Below, in pieces: positions 52,115 to 63,487 of a DNA stretch of 64,000 bases. How positions within the stretch are numbered: position 1 is the first letter of the stretch; each line of letters begins with the position of its first letter. Made by a program: the position numbers and the translations under genes. A model generated the notes under the pieces. It was not told where the DNA came from. It worked only from the letters and a program-made list of their open reading frames with translations, and ran no database searches. This stretch comes from Marsupella aquatica (Eukaryota > Plantae > Marchantiophyta). The stretch lies in assembly GCA_973895155.1 (NCBI GenBank), contig OZ316894.1, positions 11,067,874-11,131,873 on the forward strand. The letters run 5' to 3'.

Positions 52115-52777
52115 ACATTGAAAGATCAGCTTCGAATTCTGATGTACGGATCGTGCAAACAGAAGTTTGATTTCGTTGAGGTTTAGTTGTTGACGATTCG
52201 TGGTATCTCGGATTGGGTTTTGTTGTTGAACGGATCGCTGGTATCTCGATCTGTTACAAGTTGGTGTTGAGAAAGCTCGAGTGGATGCGGAGCTTTGAGT
52301 TGTTGAGTTGCGCGTTTGGAGTTGCGATTTGCATCGATCGACATTGCAGCATTTTGGAGGACTGAATGTGCGGTTGATGATCGGAAGTTGCCATCGATTG
52401 TTATGCGCGGATTGCTAAGAGTATTCGCTGCGGTTTTGTGAAGGCAAGTTGGTCGGACTTGTGATTGTTTGTGATTCTGGTTGGGGATGGTTCCAATCGG
52501 GGGTTGATAGTTGAAGTTGTATCTTGCGGATTTGAGATTTGTCAAGCTTAATGTTGACGGATAGTGCATTTCTTTGAAGAAAGCGACATTGGATGTTGAC
52601 GAATTGTGTCCCCTATGGCGACGTAGCGCACCGCGGAGAGGCGACGTAGTGCACCGCGGAGAGGCGAGGTGCAGCGATGACCTAGGGCACAAGGAAAACG
52701 ACAAAGTGAGTGAACAGTGACTTTGTCCGGGAATTGCGACGGGGTTTTCGCAGCAATAGGGTTGTGAAGGTCTTCCA

Positions 52778-53254
52778 CGGAACATTGTTCCGTTGAGAGG
52801 GCATATTGGAGATTGGTTGACTGCGGAACACCGTTCCATCGTGGTAGTTTTGGGAAGATTGGTCTTCCACGGAACACTGTTCTGTTGTGAGTGCATATTG
52901 GAGAACGATCGGGTACAGATTACCATTTTGTTGTGATAATTTTGGGAAGATTGGTCTTCCACGGAACACTGTTCCGTCGTGGGTGCATATTGAAGATTGG
53001 TCTGCCCCATTACACGTCTCATCTGCGTTGTGAAGAAGGGTTGGTTGCGGAACATTGTCCCGCAACTAGGCAGCTCACGGAACACTGTTCCGCCAATTAG
53101 CTTGGCTATTGGTGATGGAGGGTTGCAGAACATTGTCCCGCAACTAAGCAGTTTACGGAACACCGTTCCGTCAATTGTCTTGGAGATTGGTGGTGGTGCA
53201 TTACGGAACATCGTTCCGCGATTGAGTGATGGGTATCCGCGGAACACCGTTTCA
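52778..53254. repeat. Array of about 10 copies of the 15-bp palindrome CGGAACA-Y-TGTTCCG in the 5' leader
   Basis: Copies start near 52778, 52824, 52870, 52962, 53048, 53078, 53126, 53156, 53204 and 53240. Confidence 0.88.
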
Positions 53255-53287
53255 CCAATCGGTTGATTATTGATAGTGGTGAGTTGA

Positions 53288-56118
53288 TGGTGACCATTTA
53301 GGGAAAATTGGTCATCACGGAGTCCTCTGGTGATACGGGGCTACCCGAGGGACGACGGTCTGGTTTCACTCGAAGTGGAGTGCAATTTTGGCCGACGACA
53401 TTGTTAGTGGTTACAAGTGGGGTTTCAGATAGTGATTCTGATGAGGACTTAGTAGCCAGTTCTCCTCAACATCAAGTGACTGTGCCATTGTTGTGGGATA
53501 TGGAAGAGATGTATGGGGCCACGAAAGGACCGAGGAGATACTCTGGTGCAGTTGGCACGATTGATTTGGATGATTTCATCCAAGAGTTTGATACGTGGTG
53601 TGATATGCAGACAATGCGTAATGCCACATTGTTCACACCTTTTATGGCTTGGAAAGGGTTGTTTCAGCATTTGGAGGGGCCACCCATCGATGACTACCAT
53701 GAGTTTTGAAAGGCTCATTTAGTGGATATTGAGGCATGGAGACAGCATTGGTCACCAAACTATGTGTCCATCACTTATGGCACAAGTGCGGTTGCCCAAC
53801 CCATTGCTACAACTGCGGCTTCTTCTAGCAGCACTAGCTAGAGTGGCACTCCATCAACATCCACCGCTACTCCTACCGGTGTGATTGTGGCTGGGAGTGG
53901 AGCTGCGCCAACATTTAACCCTGTGATGAAGTTCTTTGAAGTATTGAAGCAGAACTACCAGGGTTTGAGAACCGATAAGTTGAAGGGTCTTCAGGAGTTC
54001 CAGCGCAAGACTAGAGAGAGCCTACGTGAGGCATACACTCGTATGCGAAGGTTGATTATGGTCACACAAGGAGTGACAGAGGCCCAAGCGGTCCAATTTT
54101 GGTATGCAATTCTGGATAGGGAGTTGCATCGTAGAGTGAGAGATGCCACTCTATTGAGGGATTCAGATCCCACATTGGCTATAGTTTTTGCACTTGCTGA
54201 GCGCATTGAGCTCAATATGGTGAATGAGATGGTGGTGACTTCCAGATTTGGCAAGGAAGCACCAAAGGTTGCATCAACGCCCACACCGCAACCTACTGCA
54301 CGTAAGAGCCAGAGAGAGAAGCCTACAACACGGGAATCTACTAGTCAAAGACATGTGCCTTCTTATGCTGGACAACAGTCAGGATGTTGGACTTGTGGTG
54401 GGGATCATGCACAAAGATATTGCCCGGATAATAGGGGGCAAGGAGGGGCATCTACACTTGATCAACGATAGTGTGATCATTGTGGAGTTTTTGGACACAC
54501 CAAAGATAGGTGTTTTGTACTTCATCCTGAACTACGACGGGGAGGACCACGTGCGTATGATCAGGGAAGAGGAGGTAGAGGTGGTGGACGTGGTCGAGGC
54601 ATGCCACATGCAGGAAGACAGGGAGGTGATGTTGCTCCTACCATTACCACAGATCCTAAGGATGCAAAGATTGCTCAATTGGAGTAACAACTAGCTGCAA
54701 TGGCTAGTTCTCAAGTTAGACCTACTGCTAGTGATGGAGCTTCTACATCCTATGGAGCTTCAACCTCTTATGGAGCTGATGAAGATCTTGCCACCATGGG
54801 ATTTATGTGTGGCACTGCGCATGTGAATGCATCAGCAGCTTTAACTCGAGGAGCAGCAAAAGCCCTTGAGCCTAGAGGAGCAGTGGTAGAGTTGGATCCT
54901 CAGAGAGGGGATATTCGTCATCAAACGAAGCTTCCCCAATCGTTTACATTGTTAGAGGTAGTTCAAACTACCTCTATGAATCCGGTTCGGACTAACCCAG
55001 GTGGGGGTAAGTTGGCGGATTCAAGTGATGTTGTGACAGGGATGACAAGTACCATGTTGGGGGCGGCCACTACTATACTGCGCATGCCATTATTTTCAGC
55101 TACGGATATGTTAACATTGGGAGTTAGTCCAGCAGAGGTGTTCAGATTGGCGGCCACATTATGCGAGGACACTCCAGCTGTTGCTTCGCGTGCAGAAGCA
55201 ACGCCCAATTCTGAAGCAGTGGAGTTGAATCCACCTATTGCCAGTAATGAAACATGGCATGCAGCAGCGGCAAGGTTGATAGATTTACCAGCGCGCCCTG
55301 CTTATGAGAGGACTAGGTTTAAACCTAGCGTCATATCATTGGATAATCGGAGTGGTATCTTCCGATTAGTTGGGCCTTCTGGAGCAATATACCAGCCAGA
55401 GCGAGTGTTACTAGATATTGGTGCTCAGCCCTTGATGTTGGGTAAGTCTGCAATAAGAGGATTAGGATTGCGTCCTGATGATTTGGAGTGTCCCTTTCCC
55501 ATTCAGACTTCATTGGGAGGACCTACACCCACACAGCATATCACTCGACAAGCACTTGAACTTAGGATTCAGGAGGATCATTCAAAGGATAACTCACGGA
55601 TCCAAGCTCGAGCTATTTTGACTAAGGCTGAGTCATATGATGTCTTGGTGGGATATACAGTTCTCTATCCTATGGGATTTGTTCTTGATTTTTGGAATGA
55701 ATCGGTGTCATATCGATCCGATTGGCAATCTGGAGATGCTCGATTGAGCCAATTGCCAGTGCGATTTAGTGGACCTATTGGAGGCCCCAAATTTGCACCA
55801 TTATCTTTGGCAGCATTTAGTAGTTTGATTACTGGAGTTGATGATTTGATTGAGGGTAACGCACATGCAGCAAATGTTCCTATGGTGGAGGAGACACATG
55901 AGGAACACTTGATGCATGGATTGCCCATTGATAGTGTTGTGACACCAGTATGGGGTACTGGACAGGCCTTGCCACAAAGTGCGCCCCGATTGATACATGA
56001 TGCATGGCGTCATACTTTTACACCGCAATCAGGAGCAGAGCAGTCAACTGCAAATGGACCGGTGACTCTTTCACCACTGGATACTACTCCTATTGCATGG
56101 CAATATCCACATGAGGGT
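53288..56118 (+). pseudogene. gag (two zinc knuckles) and aspartic protease region
   Basis: QKTRES-like gag motif (FQRKTRESLREAY); CWTCGGDHAQRYC and CDHCGVFGHTKDRC; VLLDIGAQ (degenerate D[ST]G) and YDVLVG; several in-frame stops. Confidence 0.82.
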
Positions 56119-57080
56119 ATTTGTTTGTTGGATTTATTTGGTGGAATTAGCACTGGATTGGCTGCCATTCTTCAAGCCGGCATTCCTGTGCGCCGTTATT
56201 TGTATGTGGAGACTGATGAGACAGCACGTAGAGTCTCATTACGTCATGTGGCATTGTTGGTCAAACGTTACCCACAATTGTTGCCCGTGGATGCCGTTCG
56301 TGGTTATCAACATGCATTGCCAGCTGATATTTCATTGTTGGGGGCGGATCATCTGGATCGCGTTGGCCCCATTGATTTGGTGATTGCGGGTTGGCCATGT
56401 CAGGGTCAATCTAGAGCTGGAGTTGGACATGGACTTCATGATCCAAGATCTGCATTGTTTTGGGAGATGTTACGGGTGTTGCATCATCTTCAGTTGCATC
56501 AGACACATTCCCTTGCCTACATTTTGGAGAATGTGCCATTATTGGGTGATGATCGTCATTGACTTGTTGCCAGCGTTCATCAGGTTACTTAAGTTTTGGA
56601 TTGGACCTGCTGTGTTATTGGATGCTGCACGTGTGGGTTCTCGTGCACATCGTCCACGCTTGTGGTGGACTAATTTGTTACCTTGTGAGGTGTTGAAGCG
56701 AGCATTTGATAGCATTCCTCACTCAGCAACCTTGGTGGTGGATGATATTTTGGATCCAGGGCGTCGTGCACAAGGTGTGATCCAGCCTGACAGACCTCCA
56801 TTGGCAGTGGTCAATGTAGTTGGTCGCCCACGTTGTGCATTACCCACTTTTGTGAGTCATTCTGCTTCATATGCATTCAGAATAGGTGGGCCTGGACTTG
56901 TCTGGGATACAACTCTACAGCAGTTAGTGGAACCTACTGCTGATGAAAGAGAGCGTGCTATGGGATTTTTGACTGGCACTACTGCGGTTGCCTCTGTGTC
57001 AGAGAGTTCATGCCGCCAAGTCCTTGGTCAAGCCATGGATTTGAATTGCTTGACTTGGATTATCAGCTTGGGATTAGCTG
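56119..57080 (+). pseudogene. DNA (cytosine-5)-methyltransferase domain, DNMT3-like, embedded in pol (one stop, one frameshift)
   Basis: Motif I LDLFGGISTG; II YVETD; IV DLVIAGWPCQG; V RSALF; VI ILENV; VIII SRAHRPRLWWTNL; IX ERERAMGF; X RQVLGQAMD. Confidence 0.92.
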
Positions 57081-57329
57081 AACAATTGCGGATGCGCTCT
57101 TTTGGTGTTACTGATCGTCCATTGGTGAGCTTGCGGTCTACTAAGACAGTAACGACCACAGTTGGGGGTGAGCAGACAGTCCATGGACCTATGGCAGGAT
57201 TGGCCAAGGTAGGACAGATTGTTGAGCAGGTTGGGACTGCTCAAATTGTTGCTAAATAGCAACCACCGACTATCTCTTCAACCCCAAAGGAAGACATCAC
57301 AGCTTTGATGGAGAGTTGGGAGCCACAAA

Positions 57330-60300
57330 TTGGCCCTAAGTTGACAGGGGATGAGAGACGTCGAATGCATCAATTCTTGAAGAGTTACTGGAATTGTTTT
57401 GCATTTAGCATGAAGGATTTGGGAACATTGAAGGGCCCTGGTATTCAGATTGAATTGGCTAGTGATGCGCCAATCTTTTGACGACCATATCGATATAGTG
57501 ATATGGAGAGGGCATTGATCCGGAGTAGAACTTAGGATTTGTTGGAAGCTGGTTTGGTGGAGATTTCATACGGAGAGTATGCATCTGCCACAGTGATGCC
57601 AGCCAAGAAGGATGTGCATGGCAATTACACGGATAGGCGAATGTGCGGTGATTATCGACCTATTAATCGTCAGACAAAATCTGATCGATATGCCATGCCC
57701 ACACCGGAGGAGATCTTTGATGCAGTGGGGCATGCAAGGATTTTTAGGTCGTTGGATCTCAGGGCGGGGTACCATCAGTTGCCAATTAGGCATTCTGACA
57801 AGTCCAAGACAACATTCTAGGGGATTGATTCTTATGGCAAAGATCGTTTGTATCAGTGGTTGTTCTTACCATTTGGGTTGAAGAATGCACCAGCTGAGTT
57901 CCAGAGAGTCATGGATCGAATCCTTGCAGGTTTGGATTTTGTCAGATGTTATATTGATGATATTTTGGTTTATTCTTCTACTGTGGAAGAACATCAGAGA
58001 CATTTGCAAATTGTGTTTGAGAGATTGAGGGAACATGGATTGAAGCTCCATCCCGGCAAGTGTAAGTTCTTTCAAGAGAAGATTGAGTATTTGGGCCACA
58101 CTATCTACCTAGGAGGATTGGGTGTGCAACAGACTAAGGTGGAGGCCATTACATAGATTCCTCGTCCTACTAATGTGAGCAGAGTTCGTGCATTCTTGGG
58201 ATTGGCGAGCTACTATAGGAGGTATGTTAAAGGATTTAGCCAGCTTGCTAAACCTTTAACTATACTCACTAAGTTGGATCAGGAGTGGATTTGGGGAGAC
58301 GACCAGGAGCATGCTTTCCAAGAGTTGAAGGAAAGACTGGCGTCAACACCTATTTTGAGAAGACCCATTTCAGGGTGACCATTTCAGCTTCACACTGATT
58401 GGAGTGGAGTAGGACTTGGAGCAGTGTTGACTCAGAAGGATGATGAGGGGAATGAGTTTGTTGTGGCGTATGCCAGTAGATCCAACAATTCAGCAGAGGC
58501 TAAGTATAGCTCTTATGAGGGAGAGTGTTTGGCAGCAGTGTGGGCTGTGGCACATTTCCGTTGCTATTTGTTTGGTAATTTGTTCACCTTGATCACTGAT
58601 CATCAACCTCTCAAGTGGTTAATGGAGTCTGACAAGCTTAGAGGGAAGCTTGCACGATGGGCATTGTTGTTGCAGGAGTATGATTTTCAGGTTGTGCATA
58701 GACCTGGAAAAGTGAATTTGGATGCGGATGGGTTGAGCCGCAATCCATGTACCAGTCAAGAGGATGAGACTGGAGCTCGATGGCATGATGAGACAGATAA
58801 GGAGATGGTGTCAGGATGGCATGCATCTGCTTTCCTTTGTTGGGTGCCAGCATGCAGTGGATCCGTACACTTTACTTCATTGGATGGAGTAGATGATGAG
58901 TCTTCAGATATGGATGTTGGTGATGTAGTTTTTGGACAGCAAGATATTCACAACGATGTGAGAGTGTTGGAATATTTGCATGGTGGCTCCATTGGTGGCA
59001 ATGTTGATGCTAAGGAGCGTGATAGGGTTCTACAACAAGCCAAGAGATTTCAATGGCAAGGAAACCATCTTTTGAGGGTACTACGTGATGGGAAGGTGTT
59101 GGTTGTACCAAAACCGTCACAACGAGTACATTTGGTGCGACATGCGCACGAAGAGTTAGGGCACTTTGGTGTAAAGCGCACTTATAGCTTGCTGCAGACA
59201 CAGTATTGGTGGCGTGGTATGCACACTGATGTCCAACAATTGATAGCTAAGTGTGTGGTTTGTGATCGAGTGCGAGCATCGTTCAATGCTAGATCTCCCC
59301 AGTTGCATCCGCTACCGATCATGGGTTTGGGATATCGATGGAGTTTGGACTTTGTTGGTCCATTGCCTCTTATCCAACGTCACAATCGGTATGTTTTGGT
59401 TATGGTGGAGCACTTCTCCAAATGGATTGAACTAGTGGCATTGCCAGATAAAGCTAGTGGAGGAGTGGCTACCATATTTTTGGATCGAGTACTCAATCAC
59501 TTTGGAGCACCAGCTGAGGTGTTGACTGATTAGGGCACGGAATTCCGTGGAGATTTTGAGGGTTTGTGTGAGCAAGCTCTGATTGATCATCGTACTACTT
59601 CTCGCGATCATCTTGAGGCAGATGGATTGGCAGAGAGAGTTGTACAAACTGTGAAGAGAGGATTGCGTAAGTATGGCTTGCAGGTTAGTCATTTGGGAGA
59701 CTGGGATCTTCAACTACCTTGGTTAGCTATGGGCTACCGTTTTAGTAGACAAGCATCACTTGCATCCTTTTCACCTTATTTCTTGCTCTATGGTAGAGAA
59801 CCAGATTTGCCAGCGGCTATTCGTCGTGATGTTGAAACTGTTGTGGATTTGGATGATCCAGATGTTTGGGTCAAGGTTTGTTCAGACAGGGCACGAGTTT
59901 TTGAGAGAGTCATGCCCATGGCCTTTGACAACCTTGCTATTGCCCAACATCGTGATACTTTGCGGTATGCTACTATTCGTGGAGGAGGTTATCGCACGAG
60001 GATTAGAAGATTTTATCCTGGCGATTATGTTTATTTGCAGCAGACAGCACCAACGACGCTTGATGTGACCGCAGGGCGGACAATCTTACGTGTGCGTGAA
60101 GTGTTGCCTTCTGGAGTCCTTATATTGGAAGGACGTGATGGTATGGTTTGGAAGGATCATGTGCGTAATTGTGCGCCATGTCATCTTCCAAACATTGATG
60201 GTACTGTGGATCCAAGCTTGGCACATGTTCGTGCTGGCTTGAAGTGTATATTGTGTGGGTCTGCTCAAGGAGCAGCTACTATGTTGATTTGTGATCGGTG

Positions 60301-60385
60301 TTCTAGAGGATGGCACATGTCGTGTTTGACACCACCCTTGCACATGATTCCTAGTGGATCATGGTTGTGTCCTCAATGTCGGTGA
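57330..60385 (+). pseudogene. RT, RNase H, integrase and C-terminal PHD finger
   Basis: RMCGDYRPIN, PFGLKNAP, YIDD; LHTDWS, SSYEGECLA, TDHQPL; HAHEELGH...CVVC, SLDFVG, DGLAERVV; PHD CILC...CDRC...H..C...WLCPQC. Confidence 0.94.
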
Positions 60386-60570
60386 TGCCGACTAGTTATC
60401 ATTCGTGTTCTCATGGAAGATATAGATTGCAGGTAGGTGATCGATGGGGCTCACTTGCACCCGGCCTCCTGATCTTCACACCTAAAAAGGTGTATATCAA
60501 CCTTGTAGAACTCATGGCTAGCTAGAGTTAGGGGACCTCACTTCCAGCTAGGGGGGCGATTGTGGGTTTT

Positions 60571-61153
60571 GGGCATGTATGGACATGGGTTCCATTTGTA
60601 GATCATTCTCTTAGGTTTGTGTCGTTAGATTGTGACTATGTTTGGATATGTGTGACAAACGATGTATGTTGTGTAGCGATGTGTATGTGCACGACAGCTA
60701 TCACACCATTTAGAGTGGTAGTAAAGTATATCATACTATCTAGGTATAGAGGTTTTGTATGTGTGCTACATGAGCACTATGTTTAGTTTGAGTTGGTGTG
60801 AGGGATAGTTATCCCCTTGTGTTGGCTCAAAGGCCTCATCTTTCAAAGTTGAGCCTTTGAGCATGAGCTTGGTGGCTATGGTGTGGCTGACCAGGTTGTG
60901 TGCATGTAACGTGGATTCCTTGAAGCACAAGGTGCGTTGGGCTTGACATACATGTGTGATCGCGTCGGATGGGATCATTGTTGGATTAGCACCGATCGTT
61001 GTTCGATTTGCACTATTGAAGAAGATTGGGTATGTATGAACATGGGTTCCATTTGTAGATCATTCTCTTAGGTTTGTGTCGTTAGATTGTGACTATGCTT
61101 GGATATGTGTGACAAGCGATGTATGTTGTGTAGCGATGTGTATGCGCACGACA
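60571..61153 (+). repeat. 3' repeat block B1 (60571-60696) - GC - A2 (60699-61027) - B2 (61028-61153)
   Basis: B1 and B2 are near-identical 126-bp repeats ending GCACGACA; A2 matches A1; purine run AGGGGGGCGA at 60550-60559 lies upstream. Confidence 0.9.
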
Positions 61154-63487
61154 GCTACGTCCACAGCCGCACCAAGAGCTTCACTATGAACACGAAAAGT
61201 ATATATCACCATAGCTCCATGGTCCAAGCTCTCTCTCTCTCTCTCTTTCTCACAAAGTTCTCAACTAAGTGTTCGCTCTCCATGGGACACCAAGAGGGTT
61301 ATCCCTTCATGAAGAGTCTAGTCAACTAATGTTAACTCTGGTTAACTTACTCTAGTTAATCTAGCCAAGGTTGAGTCGAAACCCTAACACAATGTTGCCC
61401 CCTGATCCTGGTCCTCCATGGTTGCATGACACCATTCAAGGTAACTAGTGTGTTAGTGAATTGTTTGGTTTTTGTATGAAGCTGGTTGTGGTCGCCCATC
61501 CCAAATGCTACTTCTTTCACCGTGTGCTTAACTTGCTAGTTCTTAGCTCTTGCATTGTACATGTAATCTTAGCCACATTTGATGTTTCTTATATAGTGTC
61601 TTGGGTTTTGAGTTCATTTAGAACCATAGTTTGGACCCATTCTTGATAGATTATTATGCATCATGACATTGGATTAATTCTTGCATGGCCTATTATCAAG
61701 GATCTATGCTGATCCGTATGCCTTGATCCGTATCAGGAAGGACCTTGGCCTTGGCACGGGCCTTGGCAAAGGTTCCAATTCAAAATGAGTTGCAAACACG
61801 CTTACAATAACAAAAGAATTGGACCACCAGGTCCGTTTCACCAACAATCAGACCAAGATCCCATTCTATCTGGATTGCAAATATGAATTCCATTTCCTAG
61901 CACTAGGAAACAATTGTCCAATCTTGCAAAACTTGGAATATATTACCAATCACTTTTGTCACGAAGACACCTTTTTGCTTAATTTCCCATTGCTCAACAA
62001 AAGATCCAATTCAATCCACATTGAAAACTTCCAATTTGTGTTGAATGGCAACATACGATTATAATTTGATTGGAAACACCTGCTTAAGCTTTTCTTTGGA
62101 AAGGGGTCTTCGATTCAATCAGGATCGGAGAAGAATTGGACCAAGCAATCCAATTGTTTTTGGCCTGGACAAGCAATCCAACATTTTGTAAATGACAATG
62201 ATGGTTTGTTTGTGATTGGGTTGGAATGGTGATAGGACTCCAATTGTAATTTAATGGCAAAGTCCAAGACGCGTTAAATTGGACGGTCAGGTCGTACATC
62301 CAATTATAATAGAATCATAAATCTTGGCATAATTGGAAGATGAGGATTGGACCAAGCCCCAAAATGTACTAGTGTATTCCACTGACCATGTAGAATCAGA
62401 TCAATGCTTTAGAGAAATTGTGCTTACCATGTGTTTTGATTTGTGTATCACCAAATGTAACAAATCACCAAAGGTCTTGTCCACTACAATTCTTTATTTG
62501 ATAGCTATCTTGCAAATGTGCCTCAAGCGGGGCCTCAAATTCAATCCCACCAAGTTGAATTCTGAATAGAATGTCCATTCAAGTCAACCATTTTCTACTA
62601 ACATGTCCCCCAATCGATTGTAATTTGGTCTTGAATTTGGCACATAATTACCTAGAGTTTGGTAAATGTTTTTGTGTATTTTTGTGGATGTAGCCTTTGG
62701 TGAGGTGAATCACTTATATCTTGTATAAACTACTTGTGTGTTTGTTGTATGTTGCACATGTGCATGTTGTCTTTGAGTAACAATCATTTACTCAACAACT
62801 TTGTGATTCAATTAATAAATTAGTTTTTGAGAAATATAGTGCAAGCTCGGATTTTGTGAATAGTGAGTGATGAGCGATCATGACATCTCACAAGGAAAGG
62901 GGGGGTTTGGCTATGGTGGAGTAAACACAGATGTCCCATATTCCACATAGTGTCATCCCTGCCAAATTCTCCTAGCCAAGAGCTATACGAAGGAGCTGGC
63001 CCATAGGGAACCCAACCTGAGTCTTGGTGAGTTGACAACTCTTAGGGTAATATTTTTAATCACACATTCTTGGGCTCAATTTACTTTAAATGTGTGATTC
63101 AATGCTCTACATATGTTAGGCTGTGTTTCTAGCTAACCTATTTACTTCTATAGTACTAGTTAGGCTTCAGTAGACTAGGATAGCACGTGGTTGAATTCAA
63201 GGCTCCCAATAGACTATGGGAGAGGGCATAGGCAAGGGAAATACAAACTTGTGCGCACACATGAAGATTCATTCTCTAGAAGCTAAAAGTGAGAGGGTGA
63301 GAGGAGGCTGGAGCTCTAGCACATTGGCGGTGGCGGGTGTAAATTTTGTTTTATATTATTGGATTCTCTCATGACCGTGGATGCCTAGACGCAGTGAGAG
63401 ATGTGCTTTCAATGCTGTTATTTAAATGGATGTTGTTCATATGTGTTGGCGCTGCCTTGTTTGGTCTAGATTATTTCCCAACAATTT

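Larger units (their letters stand above)
51786..61153 (+). mobile_element. Ty3/gypsy (non-chromovirus) retrotransposon carrying a C5 DNA methyltransferase and a PHD finger, with split direct repeats
   Basis: Termini TGTC...GACA and 4-bp TSD GCTA (51782-51785 / 61154-61157) inside the copia LTR, whose empty site CTGGGCTACGTCC is seen in the sister LTR near 46281; domain order gag-PR-MTase-RT-RH-INT-PHD. Confidence 0.93.
46190..61389 (-). mobile_element. Ty1/copia LTR retrotransposon (Tnt1/Tork-like), degenerate, 5' LTR interrupted
   Basis: TG...CA, TSD CAATG (46185-46189 / 61390-61394), LTRs 46190-46520 and 51687-51785 + 61158-61389, iMet PBS 51673-51684, PPT 46521-46532. Confidence 0.96.
45851..62374. 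mobile_element. Non-autonomous CACTA derivative (about 1.3 kb of own sequence) hosting the copia/gypsy nest
   Basis: Right end AAAATGTACTAGTG is identical to the end at 2477; left end CACCAGTA; TSD TAT on both sides; TCCAAT/ATTGGA subterminal motifs. Confidence 0.65.

Noticed and set aside
52259-52275. Possible PBS (TGGTGTTGAGAA after GTTACA)
   Set aside because: I could not match it to a tRNA 3' end with confidence, and the preceding sequence is not repeated at the 3' end
52183-53247. 354-aa minus-strand ORF with repeated GTMFR/TEQCS motifs
   Set aside because: It is an antisense translation of the palindrome array, with no recognisable domain
52778-53254. CRISPR-like appearance of palindromic repeats with variable spacers
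   Set aside because: The repeat is only 15 bp, spacers are irregular and partly homologous to each other, there are no cas genes, and the context is a plant retrotransposon leader
56119-57080. MTase as a bacterial restriction-modification gene, contamination or a host DNMT gene
   Set aside because: It is in frame with the retroviral protease and RT inside a TSD-bounded element, has no partner endonuclease, and has no introns or host N-terminal domains
51786-61153. DIRS/Ngaro classification based on the split repeats and MTase
   Set aside because: No tyrosine recombinase motif was seen; a gypsy DDE integrase, a protease and a true TSD are present, and the MTase is C5-type rather than Dam-like
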